NCBI GenBank assembly: GCA_001775485.1
Contig: MEWX01000003.1
Span: 1 to 57,562 of the forward strand
Length of the DNA: 57,562 nt
Reading direction: 5' to 3'
Source of the DNA: Candidatus Adlerbacteria bacterium RIFCSPLOWO2_01_FULL_51_16
GTDB lineage: Bacteria > Patescibacteriota > Minisyncoccia > Phycocordibacterales > SBAW01
Positions 9,474 to 19,864 of the stretch are shown here, piece by piece. Below the pieces are notes generated by a model. The model searched no databases. It saw only the letters and a list, made by a program, of their open reading frames with translations, and was not told where the DNA came from. Position numbers and translations under genes: made by a program. The first letter of the stretch is position 1. Each line of letters begins with the position of its first letter.

Positions 9474-10055
9474 CTACAGCCCTGAAGCGGAAAGAGAGTC
9501 GTTGATGAGACGCACAAGATGCGCGCGGTAAGTAGCGGCTTGTGCCGTGAGCCGGAGCGAAGAAAAATCGCCCTCAAGAAAGTGAGCAATTTCCTTGGTT
9601 TGCGAGAGATACCCAAGACGCGAAAGTATCCTCAGAACTACAATACATTCAACGCTTGCCGCATCACCCTCGCTTTGCGCGGAAGTAAGAGCAAAAAAAC
9701 CTTCCACCACGTCTTTATAGAGCATCGTATTTATCTCTTCGCCCTGAATAAGTCGGAGTAACAGCCGACTGATACGACCGAGCGCTTGTTTGCGAGGCAG
9801 GGGGGAAGTGAGGAGGGTGCGATCCGCCTCGCTAACCCCCACAAGTCGCCACTCGTGTTTGCCGCGCACGAGGGAAAACTTCGCGCAAGTGAGAGGCTCG
9901 AGTCCGTAGCGCAGTTTTGAAGCTTCACGGCGGGCGCTGCGTGCTGTCGCACGCAGGAGTCCCAGCTCTTTTGTAAGAAGAATAACTGAGACATTCGCCT
10001 CTCCTACCCCGCGCTTACCCAATACCAACCCCTCCGTTAAAAATTTTTTATACAT
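9474..10055 (-). CDS. recO: DNA repair protein RecO
   Basis: 193 aa; N-terminal OB-like segment LTEGLVLGKRGVGEANVSVILLTKELGLLRATARSAR typical of RecO. Confidence 0.8.
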   Translation of the reverse strand: MYKKFLTEGLVLGKRGVGEANVSVILLTKELGLLRATARSARREASKLRYGLEPLTCAKFSLVRGKHEWRLVGVSEADRTLLTSPLPRKQALGRISRLLLRLIQGEEINTMLYKDVVEGFFALTSAQSEGDAASVECIVVLRILSRLGYLSQTKEIAHFLEGDFSSLRLTAQAATYRAHLVRLINDSLSASGL

Positions 10056-10056
10056 A

Positions 10057-10195
10057 CCCGGTTAGTACAACTTGGCATTACTCCTCGTGTCAAACGAGAG
10101 AGAGTATTGCTGTTGATAATTGTTGCTCATAAGGGCAGAGGTGTAAACCATTTAGGTTTGGAGTAAAAAACACTACGCCAAGTTGTCCTACCGGG
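10057..10195. other. ORF-free structured intergenic element (candidate small RNA, identity unknown)
   Basis: CCCGGTTAGTACAACTTGGC (10057-10076) pairs with GCCAAGTTGTCCTACCGGG (10177-10195), with one bulge and one mismatch. This encloses about 100 nt containing the local hairpins CTCG-tgtcaaa-CGAG and AAACC-attta-GGTTT. Confidence 0.4.
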
Positions 10196-10200
10196 CATAT

Positions 10201-12957
10201 TTATTCAACTTCAATCGTTAAATCACTAAGGCCTGTTTCCACAATAATTTTATCGCGATATTTCTGGGCTACCGCCGCTTCGTCCTTTGTCGTTTTCAGC
10301 ATGTAGTGCGGTCGGTCGGCGATGTTGAGCTTTTGCTCCTTGCGCCACTCCTGCACACGGCGCATCAAGTTGCGCACCATCCCCTTTTCCCTGAGCTCCG
10401 GGGTTAGTTCCGTATCAAGCTCAACTTCTCTAGCAATCGTCTCGTCTATTATAATCTTTTCAACGTTCACCTCTTCTTCGACGATAGCTCTAGACGGCTC
10501 GGGGAGGTTTCTTACCGTGAGTTTTGATAGTGGCTGCCGAATTTTCAGTCCGGATTCCTCGCGTTGCTTGAGAGCTAGGGAAACAATTCTGCGCGCGTCG
10601 GCCATTTCACCGAGAAGTTGGGTATCGATCCGTCCCGCCTCGGGCCACGAGGCTAGATGTACGCTCTCGGGGTCACTCCCCTCTTGCACCGCCTGGAAAA
10701 GATGTTCTGCAAAAAACGGAGTTGTTGGCGCCATGATGCGCGCGAGCGTGTGGAGCACATAACGCAGGGTTGCGAGGGCCGTTTGTTTATCTTCGCTTTC
10801 CTTTTTAAACCGGTCACGCGAGCGGCGTACATACCACGCCGAAAGATCGTCGATAAATTGCCCGATGGGGCGGGTCGCGCTGTCCAACTGATACGCTTCA
10901 AATCCTTCCGTCGCCTCTTTGGTAAGCTCCGCGAGTCGCGAGAGGATCCAGCGGTCCAATATATTGTTGCTTTTATCTGAAGCCGGAGTGTCGTCCGCGT
11001 AGAGTTGATAAAACGAAAGGACGTTGCCGAGGCGCCCGAAATTTTTCTTGACTATCTCATCAACCATCCGTTCATCAAAGTTTTTGGAGTCGCCCGGGGC
11101 ATTCACGGTGTACATAAAGTAACGCAGGGCATCCACTCCGTATTTCTCAATCGCTGCATTCGGCTCGACAATGTTGCCGAGCGATTTGGACATCTTTTTG
11201 CCATTAGCGTCCAAAATGTGCCCGAGACAAATTACATTTTTAAAGGCCTTTCCACGCCCCATAATCCCGCCGGTCGCGTGAAGCGTGTAAAACCACCCGC
11301 GCGTCTGGTCTATTGCCTCGCAAATATAGTCCGCCGGGTATGATACTTCCTTTTTTTCGAAGGGATGGTGGTCTTGTGCAAACGGCATTGCCCCGGAGTC
11401 AAACCACACATCCAAAATTTCCGGCACCCGCCGCATCACCCCCCCGCAATCGCACGTAAATGTGGCTTCGTCAATGTACGGGCGGTGTAAATCATCGGGA
11501 ACCTTTGCTCCTTTTTCCTTCAATTCGGCCATACTGCCAACAACTTCAAATTTTTTGCACGTTTCGCATTCCCAAATTGGGAGCGGTGTGCCCCAAAAGC
11601 GCGAGCGGCTTATCGCCCAATCCTTAAGCTCGCGAAGCCACTCGCCAAAGCGGCCATCACGGATATGCTCCGGTTCCCAATGAATCTCTTTATTCTCTTT
11701 TATAAGTTCGTCTTTAATTTGTGACATCCGGATATACCAGGAGTCGCGTGCGTAGTAGAGAAGCGGCGTTTTGCATCGCCAGCAGAAGGGGTAGGTGTGG
11801 ACTATTGTTTCTTTTTTAAACAAGAGCCCCCGTTTTTCTAAATCCTCAATTATTTTTTCATCCGCTTTTTTGACAAACAGGCCGGCAAATTCACCCGCCT
11901 CGGGCAAAAACTTCCCGTCCTCCCCCACCATGTGCTGTTTGGGGAGGCCGATTTTTGTTCCTAACTCAAAATCGTCCGCTCCGTACATCACCGCCGTGTG
12001 TACAATGCCGGTGCCATCTTTTGTCGAAACAAAATCTGCCGCGTATACCTTATACGCCTTGCCGTTGTCTTTGATAAATGGGTAGAGTGGTTCGTATGAT
12101 TTACCAATAAGGTCTTTCCCTTTTACCTTCTCGATAACTTTTGCTTCAGGTACCACATCTAAACGCTCCTCCGCAAGCCACAAGATTTCTTTTCCGTTTT
12201 GCACTTTCACATAAGAAACATTTGTGCCAACTGCAAGAGCAACATTACCGGGAAGCGTCCACGGCGTTGTCGTCCATACTAAAAAATATTCATCTGTGCC
12301 GGCTAATTTAAATTTAATAAAGACAGAAGGATCTTTGGCGTCATCATATCCTTGCGCTACTTCGTGAGAAGAGAGCGCGGTGCCGCATCGCGGGCACCAC
12401 GGCACTACCTTGTAGTCCTTATATAAAAGCTTTTTCTCGTTTGCGGTCTTTAAAACATTCCAAACCGATTCGATGTAGTTATTGTCAAAGGTAAAATACG
12501 TATCCTCGTGGTCGACCCAAAACGCGATGCGATCAGTAAATGCTTTCCACTCGTCTATATAGCGCAAAACGCTTTCTTTACACTTTTGATTGAACTTGGC
12601 GATGCCATACACCTCAATGTCCTTTTTATTTTTTATGCCGAGTTCCTTTTCCACTTCAAGCTCAACCGGAAGTCCGTGAGTATCCCAGCCCGCCTTGCGG
12701 CGCACATGGTAGCCCCGCATGGTGCGATAGCGCGGTATTGCGTCTTTAAACGCCCGCGACTCAAGGTGGTGAATCCCCGGGCGACCGTTGGCGGTCGGGG
12801 GCCCTTCATAAAATACAAATTCGCCCTTGGGAGCGGGCTTCTCTAGGGTCTTTTTAAAAATTCCGCGCGCTTGCCAAAATTTGAGAGTTTCTTCTTCGCG
12901 CGCAGCTATTTCGTTTTTTGAGCGGAGTTTATCTTCCCCCGCTTTGGGGCCTGACAT
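10201..12957 (-). CDS. ileS: isoleucine--tRNA ligase
   Basis: 918 aa; PPTANGRPGIHH (HIGH), KMSKSLGN, CP1 editing insertion and Cys-rich Zn motifs. Confidence 0.93.
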   Translation of the reverse strand: MSGPKAGEDKLRSKNEIAAREEETLKFWQARGIFKKTLEKPAPKGEFVFYEGPPTANGRPGIHHLESRAFKDAIPRYRTMRGYHVRRKAGWDTHGLPVELEVEKELGIKNKKDIEVYGIAKFNQKCKESVLRYIDEWKAFTDRIAFWVDHEDTYFTFDNNYIESVWNVLKTANEKKLLYKDYKVVPWCPRCGTALSSHEVAQGYDDAKDPSVFIKFKLAGTDEYFLVWTTTPWTLPGNVALAVGTNVSYVKVQNGKEILWLAEERLDVVPEAKVIEKVKGKDLIGKSYEPLYPFIKDNGKAYKVYAADFVSTKDGTGIVHTAVMYGADDFELGTKIGLPKQHMVGEDGKFLPEAGEFAGLFVKKADEKIIEDLEKRGLLFKKETIVHTYPFCWRCKTPLLYYARDSWYIRMSQIKDELIKENKEIHWEPEHIRDGRFGEWLRELKDWAISRSRFWGTPLPIWECETCKKFEVVGSMAELKEKGAKVPDDLHRPYIDEATFTCDCGGVMRRVPEILDVWFDSGAMPFAQDHHPFEKKEVSYPADYICEAIDQTRGWFYTLHATGGIMGRGKAFKNVICLGHILDANGKKMSKSLGNIVEPNAAIEKYGVDALRYFMYTVNAPGDSKNFDERMVDEIVKKNFGRLGNVLSFYQLYADDTPASDKSNNILDRWILSRLAELTKEATEGFEAYQLDSATRPIGQFIDDLSAWYVRRSRDRFKKESEDKQTALATLRYVLHTLARIMAPTTPFFAEHLFQAVQEGSDPESVHLASWPEAGRIDTQLLGEMADARRIVSLALKQREESGLKIRQPLSKLTVRNLPEPSRAIVEEEVNVEKIIIDETIAREVELDTELTPELREKGMVRNLMRRVQEWRKEQKLNIADRPHYMLKTTKDEAAVAQKYRDKIIVETGLSDLTIEVE

Positions 12958-13000
12958 ATCAAGGACATTATACTATGACCGAACGGATGAGTGAAGCCGA

Positions 13001-14587
13001 TTACATTTCTTCAGGTGCAGGTATGCCGAGTACGTGAAGACCTTTGGCGAGAGTTTGCTCTACTGCTTGGGTAAGAAGTGCTCCATAAGAAGGACCTAAA
13101 CCTCCGATAACCCGCGCGCTTGCGTACCAAGAGTTGAATGCCGAGGCGAGTTCGGTTAAGTAGGTCGTCACATAATGTGGCTCGAGTTCTTGGGCCGCAC
13201 GATCCAACACATGAGGAAAATGAACGAGTGTTCGCTCAAGAGAACTTGCGTCTGTCGGTGCGTCAGAGGGGCTTGGTGTAATCCTCACTTTTTTTGTCTC
13301 GCGGAGAAGCGAGAGCGCGCGGGTATGCGCATATTGCAGATATGGCCCCGAATCACCTTCAAGCGAGAGCGATTTCTCCGGATCGAAGATAATATCCTTT
13401 CCGCTCCCCGATTTGAGTACGGAGTATTTTATGGCCCCCACCGCAACATCCATCCTTCCGCGCGCTTTTTCTTTCAACTCTTCAAGCAGAGACTCGCCGG
13501 TAACCACATTGCCCGCGCGTGAAGACATTTTCCCTGTCGTAAGGCGCAAAAAACCATTCGGAATATGCTTGAGAATTTTATTTTTTACTTTATCGGCAAA
13601 AATCTTCTCAATCGCGGCAAATACTACCTTAAAATAATCTTTCTGCTCACTCCCCGTAACTGTTATGGAAATATCAAAATCAGGATACGTTCGGTTTTTC
13701 AATTCAAATAAGCCTATTTCTTTTGCTTCATAGGTTGGAAATCCTTCTGAAGTTATAAATACGCGAGTATGTTCTCCGCGAAACACAACCGCACCCTCAC
13801 TTTCTTCGAAAACTTTGCCGATGTGAGTGCGGACAATATCGCGACCGAGAGGGCCTGATTCGCTTTCGAAAAATTCTTTATCAAATGTGGTCCCCAGTTT
13901 CTCGCATAGCTCATCAAGGTGTCGGCGTGATGTTTCAACCCCCTTTTTTCGCAAATCAGACCATTCGGGATTTGAGTTTTCATACAGCGCTCTGTTGATA
14001 CCCTCGATTTCCGCCTTGGCAGAGCCATCTTCATAAGCTACGTTGCCCGCGACATAGGCTTTGCCTAATTGGGCTATGTCAGTTGGGTCAAATTTGTGCT
14101 TCCACAAACCCCATACCCCTTTCGCAACCGTGAGTCCAATATCCGAGGGATAATTTATTCTTTTAACTGTCGCGCCACTTTGCTCAAGTAGCCGGGCAAT
14201 AGATTCACCGAGGACATTTCCTACCAAATTTCCAATGTGGAGTGGTTTAAAAAGGTTTGGGCTTGTGTATTCAACCATCGCTATTTTCCCTTCGTGTGAG
14301 GGGATTACGGACAACTTCCCTACCGCAAAATTCTCAACCGTTTTTACAAGCGCTTCACGAGAGAGCCAAAAGTTTATAAACTTGCCGACCACTTCAACTT
14401 TTTCAACTCCATCAATTTTGAGTTTTGATGCAAGCGCATGCGGATCAACTTTTGCAACAAGTGTGGCGTTGGTCGCGTAATCGCCATGCTCCATATGCGC
14501 CGGGCGTTCCACAACAAAATGAGCTCCTCCCGCTCCTATATCAGCAAGAGCTTTCCGCACTGCTTGCTCAATCGCGTCGCGAAACAT
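13001..14587 (-). CDS. argS: arginine--tRNA ligase
   Basis: 528 aa; SPNLFKPLHIGNLVGN (HIGH variant), class I core, DALR-type C-terminus ending in Met. Confidence 0.9.
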   Translation of the reverse strand: MFRDAIEQAVRKALADIGAGGAHFVVERPAHMEHGDYATNATLVAKVDPHALASKLKIDGVEKVEVVGKFINFWLSREALVKTVENFAVGKLSVIPSHEGKIAMVEYTSPNLFKPLHIGNLVGNVLGESIARLLEQSGATVKRINYPSDIGLTVAKGVWGLWKHKFDPTDIAQLGKAYVAGNVAYEDGSAKAEIEGINRALYENSNPEWSDLRKKGVETSRRHLDELCEKLGTTFDKEFFESESGPLGRDIVRTHIGKVFEESEGAVVFRGEHTRVFITSEGFPTYEAKEIGLFELKNRTYPDFDISITVTGSEQKDYFKVVFAAIEKIFADKVKNKILKHIPNGFLRLTTGKMSSRAGNVVTGESLLEELKEKARGRMDVAVGAIKYSVLKSGSGKDIIFDPEKSLSLEGDSGPYLQYAHTRALSLLRETKKVRITPSPSDAPTDASSLERTLVHFPHVLDRAAQELEPHYVTTYLTELASAFNSWYASARVIGGLGPSYGALLTQAVEQTLAKGLHVLGIPAPEEM

Positions 14588-14612
14588 ATCAGAAGAGTAT
14601 CACTTTTTGCTA

Positions 14613-15713
14613 CTAAAGGGTTTTAGTGGAGAGCGCCGGAGGTGCGACGGTTTCTACTACAGTAAAGGCAGCGCGGCCGATGAGGGCTCCCTCTTCGGTC
14701 TCAACTGCACAGCGCCAGCGGCCGGGCGAGAGCGAGTACTTGGTGCTAAAACCCCTATACCCTTCGCTTCTGCCTCCCGATATGGGAAAAGAGATGCGTG
14801 AGCGCGTCTGCCACTCCCGTGCTTCCTCGTCGTAGTATTCCCACCGGTGATAGACCGGCGTCTTCAAATCAGCCGGAGCAAACACCGAAGAAAAGCAAAA
14901 CGCACCTTCACCGGGAGCAGCGTTGAATGTCTCTGCAGTTGCTCTCCATACCTCAAACCGGCCGGGTTTTTCATACAAGGCTACATAGTCGCCACTCGAG
15001 CGGGGTAAAACAGAATGGTAGACGCCTATATCTTTGAGCGAGAGCGGAACTGGTGGAATAATATTTAAAAAATAGAGGATATTAAATGCGATAAATATCC
15101 CTCCCACGGTGGCAAAAACAGATAGCCGCTCTTCCCGGTCGCGCAACGCAACTGCAGAAACCGCAACGAGAAAGATCGCGACCACTCCCAAACTCACCAA
15201 ACCGCTCAATAAAAACTCCCATCGGCCTATCGAGTGTGTGATGAAGGTAGGTACCGCGATAACGCAGTACGACAGAAGGAGAAGATAAAACACCCCGACA
15301 TTAAAACGCAAAAGCGCGTAACGGCCCCGAAAAAATTCATTTCCCAAAATAAGCACCCCCAGGAGCCCGACAAACAAGGCGTTTACGGCAAGCGTTCCGC
15401 TCCTGCCGTAGAGCACAAAAAGATTGCTCGCTAGACCACCGAAACAAAACTGGAGAATCAGCAACATGAGTAACTTCTCAAACGAGTCCTCACTTTCGCG
15501 GTGGTGCGAAGCGCGGATGTTGAGAAGCACGATAGTCGCCCCCGCGATAAAAAGATACGAAAGAAGCAGGAGGTTGTTGGGGATACTATCAGGCCGGTCG
15601 GCAATAATGAGATCAAAAAAGAAGCCCGCCAAAATCGCCGCAACCCCGATATGGTGCTCATACTTCTGCCACAGCACAAAAAGCTTTTCAGAAAACCCCC
15701 TCATTGCATCCAC
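14613..15713 (-). CDS. polytopic membrane protein with DUF2914-like C-terminal domain
   Basis: About 8 hydrophobic helices followed by ...ISGGRSEGYRGFSTKYSLSPGRWRCAVETEEGALIGRAAFTV, the GGR..GYR...PG.W pattern I associate with DUF2914. Confidence 0.6.
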   Translation of the reverse strand: MDAMRGFSEKLFVLWQKYEHHIGVAAILAGFFFDLIIADRPDSIPNNLLLLSYLFIAGATIVLLNIRASHHRESEDSFEKLLMLLILQFCFGGLASNLFVLYGRSGTLAVNALFVGLLGVLILGNEFFRGRYALLRFNVGVFYLLLLSYCVIAVPTFITHSIGRWEFLLSGLVSLGVVAIFLVAVSAVALRDREERLSVFATVGGIFIAFNILYFLNIIPPVPLSLKDIGVYHSVLPRSSGDYVALYEKPGRFEVWRATAETFNAAPGEGAFCFSSVFAPADLKTPVYHRWEYYDEEAREWQTRSRISFPISGGRSEGYRGFSTKYSLSPGRWRCAVETEEGALIGRAAFTVVETVAPPALSTKTL

Positions 15714-15741
15714 TATACCGCAGTGCTAGTATGGCGGCGGA

Positions 15742-16284
15742 TTGGAACGACTGACCCGGGAGGAGAAAGTGCCCCAAGCAAAAGCGGTAGTGGAGCCCTA
15801 CCCCCACTGGCAAAAGTGGTGGAACGCAAAGGGCTGGAAGATGAGCCCAAAACTAAGTCTCGCCAACAAAATCTTGGTGATTGAGAATCGCAATATCGCT
15901 CGGCTCACCATTAAGAAAGTGCCTCTAGCCGTACGGAAAGACAGCGGCATCTTGCCGCAGGAGGAGTGGTTGGTGCAGTGGTATATTCTGCACGAATATC
16001 GCGCCGCAAGGTTGGACTTGGACGACAATATCCGCGGACAGGTTGTAATGAGCGAGCGCGGACTTCGAACCGCGTTTCGAGTCGAAGGCCTTGAGCCCGA
16101 GAGCCAGGATGGTTTCGCCAATTTCTACGGGGCCGATGTTGCCATACAAGGATGGTTCATCCGGCAAGAGAGTTACTTGAACATCCCCCACCCTGGCACG
16201 CCCCTCCAAGGAGACCCGAACATTTCTATCTACGTGTCAGACGAAATCCGGGATGCGGTTGTCCGCCTCTTGATGGTTTCTTGA
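15742..16284 (+). CDS. hypothetical protein
   Basis: 180 aa ORF with a TTG start in the track. A GTG at 15769 preceded by GGAGGAGAAA is a better start. Followed by a strong terminator. Confidence 0.55.
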   Translation: MERLTREEKVPQAKAVVEPYPHWQKWWNAKGWKMSPKLSLANKILVIENRNIARLTIKKVPLAVRKDSGILPQEEWLVQWYILHEYRAARLDLDDNIRGQVVMSERGLRTAFRVEGLEPESQDGFANFYGADVAIQGWFIRQESYLNIPHPGTPLQGDPNISIYVSDEIRDAVVRLLMVS

Positions 16285-16286
16285 TC

Positions 16287-16322
16287 AAAAACCGGCCGGC
16301 GCGTGAAAACGCGCCGGTTTTT
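16287..16322. terminator. bidirectional intrinsic terminator
   Basis: AAAAACCGGCCGGCGCG-tgaaaa-CGCGCCGGTTTTT sits between convergent genes (15742..16284 and glyA). A-run and T-run flank a GC stem. Confidence 0.75.
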
Positions 16323-17660
16323 CTACACAAACGAGTCGGGGATGGGGAACTTTTTGCAGAGAGTAAGGACTTGCTTCCGCAATTTTTTAAGCTGCTTGTC
16401 CGCATGTGCGCGCTTTTTGAAGCTGGCGAGGTATGCCTTGCGCTCACTTTTTTCCTTCGGGAGCTCCTCGTCTTTCGTTATCTTTGTAACCTCGGCGATC
16501 CATCCTCCGATGAGTTTCATTTCTCGCTCTTTCATATTCCGTGTAGTTACTGAAGGGGTCCCTATGCGAATGCCCGAGGGGTAAAACGGCGAGGAGGGTT
16601 CGTGGGGAACGGTATTTTTGTTCGTCGTGAGACCAATCGTGTCAAGTGCAATCTCGAGGATTGCGCCGCGGCCTGCGCCGCACTTCACAAGCATCATGTG
16701 GTTGTCCGTGCCGTTACTTACAAGTTCAATCTTGCGGCGCATAAGCTCTGCCGCAAGCGCTTTTGCGTTTTTAACAACGCGCTCCCCGTACGCACGAAAT
16801 TTCGGGGTGGAGGCCTCGTGGAGCGCCACTGCGATGCCCGCGGTCGTATGATTGTGCGGCCCGCCCTGGAGGTAGGGAAATATCGCACGGTCTACCTTCG
16901 CCGCGAGCTCTGGGTCCTTCGCGAGGCCCTTCCTCGTCACCATGATCATCCCCCCGCGCGGGCCGCGGAGCGTCTTATGTGTTGTTGTCGTCACTATGTG
17001 CGCGTACGGGACTGGGCTCTTGTGCGCCCCGGCAATAACAAGACCCGCAATGTGAGCAATGTCGGCGGCCAGGTACGCCCCAACGCTATCTGCAATCTTT
17101 GCAAGCTCTTTGAACGGGAACTCCCGCACGTAGGCCGTTGCCCCGACCCATATGAGCTTCGGTTTGTTCTTTTTTGCGAGCCGGGCTATTTCTTTGAGAT
17201 CAAGGTAGCCGTCGGGCTTTACCCCGTACTGCACAGCTTTGTAGAAGAGGCTGGTTGCGTTCGCCTTCCACCCATGGGTCAGGTGGCCGCCTGCGGTCAA
17301 GAGCTGACCCATAATGGTGTCCCCTGGCTCGCATGTCGCGAGATAGACGGCAAAGTTAGCCGGGGAGCCCGAGTAGGGCTGAACGTTCGCGTGTGGCACC
17401 TTGAATAGCTTCTTCGCGCGTTCGCGCGCGAGGTCTTCTACCTCATCAATTATTTCGTTGCCGCCGTAGTAGCGCGCATGCGGGTACCCCTCTGAATATT
17501 TATTGGTAAGGCACGAGCCCATCGCCTCCCGCACTGCTTTGGAAACAATGTTCTCGGAGGGAATGAGTTCAATACCCTCCGCCTGGCGCTTCTCCTCCGC
17601 CTCAAGCGCGCGGAAAAGCTCTTTGTCTTGTTTTTTAATAAAGTCGTACATATTAAGCAC
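16323..17660 (-). CDS. glyA: serine hydroxymethyltransferase
   Basis: 445 aa; ELIPSENIVS, PLP-lysine region TTTTHKTLRGPRGG. Confidence 0.93.
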   Translation of the reverse strand: MLNMYDFIKKQDKELFRALEAEEKRQAEGIELIPSENIVSKAVREAMGSCLTNKYSEGYPHARYYGGNEIIDEVEDLARERAKKLFKVPHANVQPYSGSPANFAVYLATCEPGDTIMGQLLTAGGHLTHGWKANATSLFYKAVQYGVKPDGYLDLKEIARLAKKNKPKLIWVGATAYVREFPFKELAKIADSVGAYLAADIAHIAGLVIAGAHKSPVPYAHIVTTTTHKTLRGPRGGMIMVTRKGLAKDPELAAKVDRAIFPYLQGGPHNHTTAGIAVALHEASTPKFRAYGERVVKNAKALAAELMRRKIELVSNGTDNHMMLVKCGAGRGAILEIALDTIGLTTNKNTVPHEPSSPFYPSGIRIGTPSVTTRNMKEREMKLIGGWIAEVTKITKDEELPKEKSERKAYLASFKKRAHADKQLKKLRKQVLTLCKKFPIPDSFV

Positions 17661-18606
17661 CGTGGAGTTTCTTATTGTACCCGCCGGAAACGGTAAAGGG
17701 AGCTTTGATTAGGGGGTGCGGATCATAATTCTCAAGTTGTACAAAATCGGCTTTGAAACTTTCTAGCGAGTCGAAGTCTTGAGTAAAACTCACGGTCGGG
17801 AAATTTTTTGGTTTCCTCTCAAGCTGTTCTTTTGCCGCATCAATATGGTTTTCGTAGATATGAAAATCACCGAAGGTATGTACAAACTCTCCCGCCTCGC
17901 GGCCGAGAATTTTTGCAAGAACGATGGTCAAAAGTGCGTAGCTCGCAATATTGAAGGGAACACCGAGGAAAATGTCGGCGCTTCGCTGATACAACTGCAA
18001 GCATACCTTGCCGTTTTTGATATTGACCTGGTAGAGATTATGGCAAATAGGGAAGCGTGCCCCCTCCCCTTTTTTTGCCATTGCATAGAGATATTGCGGG
18101 TCCCAAGAAGTCACGAGCGTGTTGTGAGCATCAGGATCCTTACGGAGCTCGTCAACCACCCATTGGAGCTGATCTACCCCCCGTCCGTCTTTGGCAGGCC
18201 AACGGCGCCAGAGTTCTCCATAAATATGAGGGAGTTCGCCGTACTCTTTGGCAAAGAGTGGGTCGTTTTTAATTTTTTCTATAAAGTCCTCTTTGGTAAG
18301 CTTGTTGCCATACTTTTCGCAATACATTTTGTACGGGTAGTCATCCCAGATGTGCACGTTGTTATCAACCAGGTATTTAATATTGCTATTCCCCGAGAGA
18401 AACCAGTAGAGCTCGTGCAAGACACCCTGCCAATACACCTTTTTGGTTGTCAGGAGCGGAAACCCTCTTGAAAGATCAAAACGCATCTGCGCGCCAAAGA
18501 CGCTATACGTTTTGACACCAGTTCCTTTATCCACCTGTTCCTCTCCCTTGAGAGTCGCCCGAAGCAGGTCAAGATACTGGTCTTCGGGATGACGTGCCAT
18601 AGTCAT
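17653..18606 (-). CDS. thyA: thymidylate synthase (ThyA type)
   Basis: 317 aa; ThyA-type core with the catalytic Cys in RFPICHNLYQV, plus LGVPFNIASYALL. 8-nt overlap with the glyA start. Confidence 0.9.
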   Translation of the reverse strand: MTMARHPEDQYLDLLRATLKGEEQVDKGTGVKTYSVFGAQMRFDLSRGFPLLTTKKVYWQGVLHELYWFLSGNSNIKYLVDNNVHIWDDYPYKMYCEKYGNKLTKEDFIEKIKNDPLFAKEYGELPHIYGELWRRWPAKDGRGVDQLQWVVDELRKDPDAHNTLVTSWDPQYLYAMAKKGEGARFPICHNLYQVNIKNGKVCLQLYQRSADIFLGVPFNIASYALLTIVLAKILGREAGEFVHTFGDFHIYENHIDAAKEQLERKPKNFPTVSFTQDFDSLESFKADFVQLENYDPHPLIKAPFTVSGGYNKKLHGA

Positions 18607-19151
18607 TTCTTTTTCTTCGGAGGTACATATCCTTTTATGTTGTCTGTGGAGTATCTGCCCGTCTCTTTATAATTTTGTTTAGGGGGAGAAGAGAGCTCAG
18701 AAAAAGTGAGCTGTGCTATTGCCATATTGGGACGCAAGATAATTGGGACGTTGTTGAGGTTGCATAACTCCAGCGCAACATTGAGGAAGTGGCCGGGGTT
18801 TATGAGTGCTGCGGAGTTGTGTACCAAAAGGCCGATGCGAGCGAGTGATGATTTCCCGTTTACCTCTATCAGATAGTCGTCCGAACCAAAATAATCTTTG
18901 GAGTAACCGAGTATCGAGACGCCCGGATGCAACACAAAAATTCCGTCGTCCGGCACTACGACTTCCCGGGTTTTTGGAAATATTTTCTTAACCGGGTCGA
19001 TGTTGGTTGTAGAGTGAGGGTCGTTTATGACGAATGTGTTGGCGAGCAAAATGTCGTAGCTTGCCGGCTGTAAACGCTTCTCGTCAAAAGGAGTCAGTGT
19101 AATCCTCCCCGCTATAACTGCTTTTTTAATATCTACGTCGGATAGCATCAT
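18603..19151 (-). CDS. dcd: dCTP deaminase
   Basis: 182 aa; LQPASYDILL and the dUTPase-like fold signature. 4-nt overlap with the thyA start. Confidence 0.85.
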   Translation of the reverse strand: MMLSDVDIKKAVIAGRITLTPFDEKRLQPASYDILLANTFVINDPHSTTNIDPVKKIFPKTREVVVPDDGIFVLHPGVSILGYSKDYFGSDDYLIEVNGKSSLARIGLLVHNSAALINPGHFLNVALELCNLNNVPIILRPNMAIAQLTFSELSSPPKQNYKETGRYSTDNIKGYVPPKKKK

Positions 19152-19154
19152 ACG

Positions 19155-19829
19155 TCAAGCAATAGTGAATATCTTATCCGTTCCGTAGTAATCAGGCCAG
19201 TGGGCGTTATAGAAGGAAAACATTCTCTCAAGACGGTCCTGCTGGAGCTCTTCAACGCCACACTCGCGTATGAGAGTGCGAATTTCCTTGCGTGCCGCAT
19301 CCACCTGCGTCTCGTCTGCCACTACCTTCTCAAATTCTGCAAGCCATCCGTACCCTGCATTTTTATCAAGGCACACCGCAACTCCCCTGCAAAGGTATTC
19401 TTCGCGCTGTCGAGACCATTTTGCCTGGTAGCGAAAATTCGCCTTCTGTATTAACTCATCAAGCACGGCAAGCGATAGTGTAACCCCCTCCTCAAATTCC
19501 ATACGCGCAACACCATTAGCGCTCGTGTCATCCCCGACAGAGGCCTTAAGAACCAAGAGGATCGTGCCATCCTTTTCCCGCGTACGCAAAGAGAAGTCCT
19601 TAGCACGGGACACAAGATCCTGAAGTTTAGCGAGGGCCTTTGGCGGAAGATGGCCTCCGAGCAACGCAGGGAGCATTGTGAGATCACCGCCCACAAAATA
19701 ATGGTTGAGTTGAACATTTTTTGACGTGAGTTTTGTGCCCGCGTCAATTTCGCGCATGCGGCGGCGCAGGGTTTCCGCCCTTTCCACACTTCCCAGGAGC
19801 GACTTCACCTCAACCTCAAATGCTTGCAT
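19155..19829 (-). CDS. CYTH-domain (triphosphate tunnel metalloenzyme / CyaB-like) protein
   Basis: N-terminal EVEVK (the ExExK signature) and later alternating acidic strands (RMEFEEG, LAEFEKV). First gene of the dcd-thyA-glyA operon. Confidence 0.6.
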   Translation of the reverse strand: MQAFEVEVKSLLGSVERAETLRRRMREIDAGTKLTSKNVQLNHYFVGGDLTMLPALLGGHLPPKALAKLQDLVSRAKDFSLRTREKDGTILLVLKASVGDDTSANGVARMEFEEGVTLSLAVLDELIQKANFRYQAKWSRQREEYLCRGVAVCLDKNAGYGWLAEFEKVVADETQVDAARKEIRTLIRECGVEELQQDRLERMFSFYNAHWPDYYGTDKIFTIA

Positions 19830-19864
19830 TGCCTTATCTTAGCCCGTGGCAGTACAGTAGACAA

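Noticed and set aside
16602-17408. 268-aa plus-strand ORF, with similar long ORFs at 17779..18471, 47459..48004, 53978..54541, 51090..51665, 40090..40590, 43309..43782 and 8725..9225
   Set aside because: All lie antisense to, or out of frame within, genes with strong motif support (glyA, thyA, Mur ligase, pilB, polA, rplS, YqaA and the large membrane protein). Their translations are Arg/Pro/Cys-rich and low-complexity, typical of shadow ORFs.
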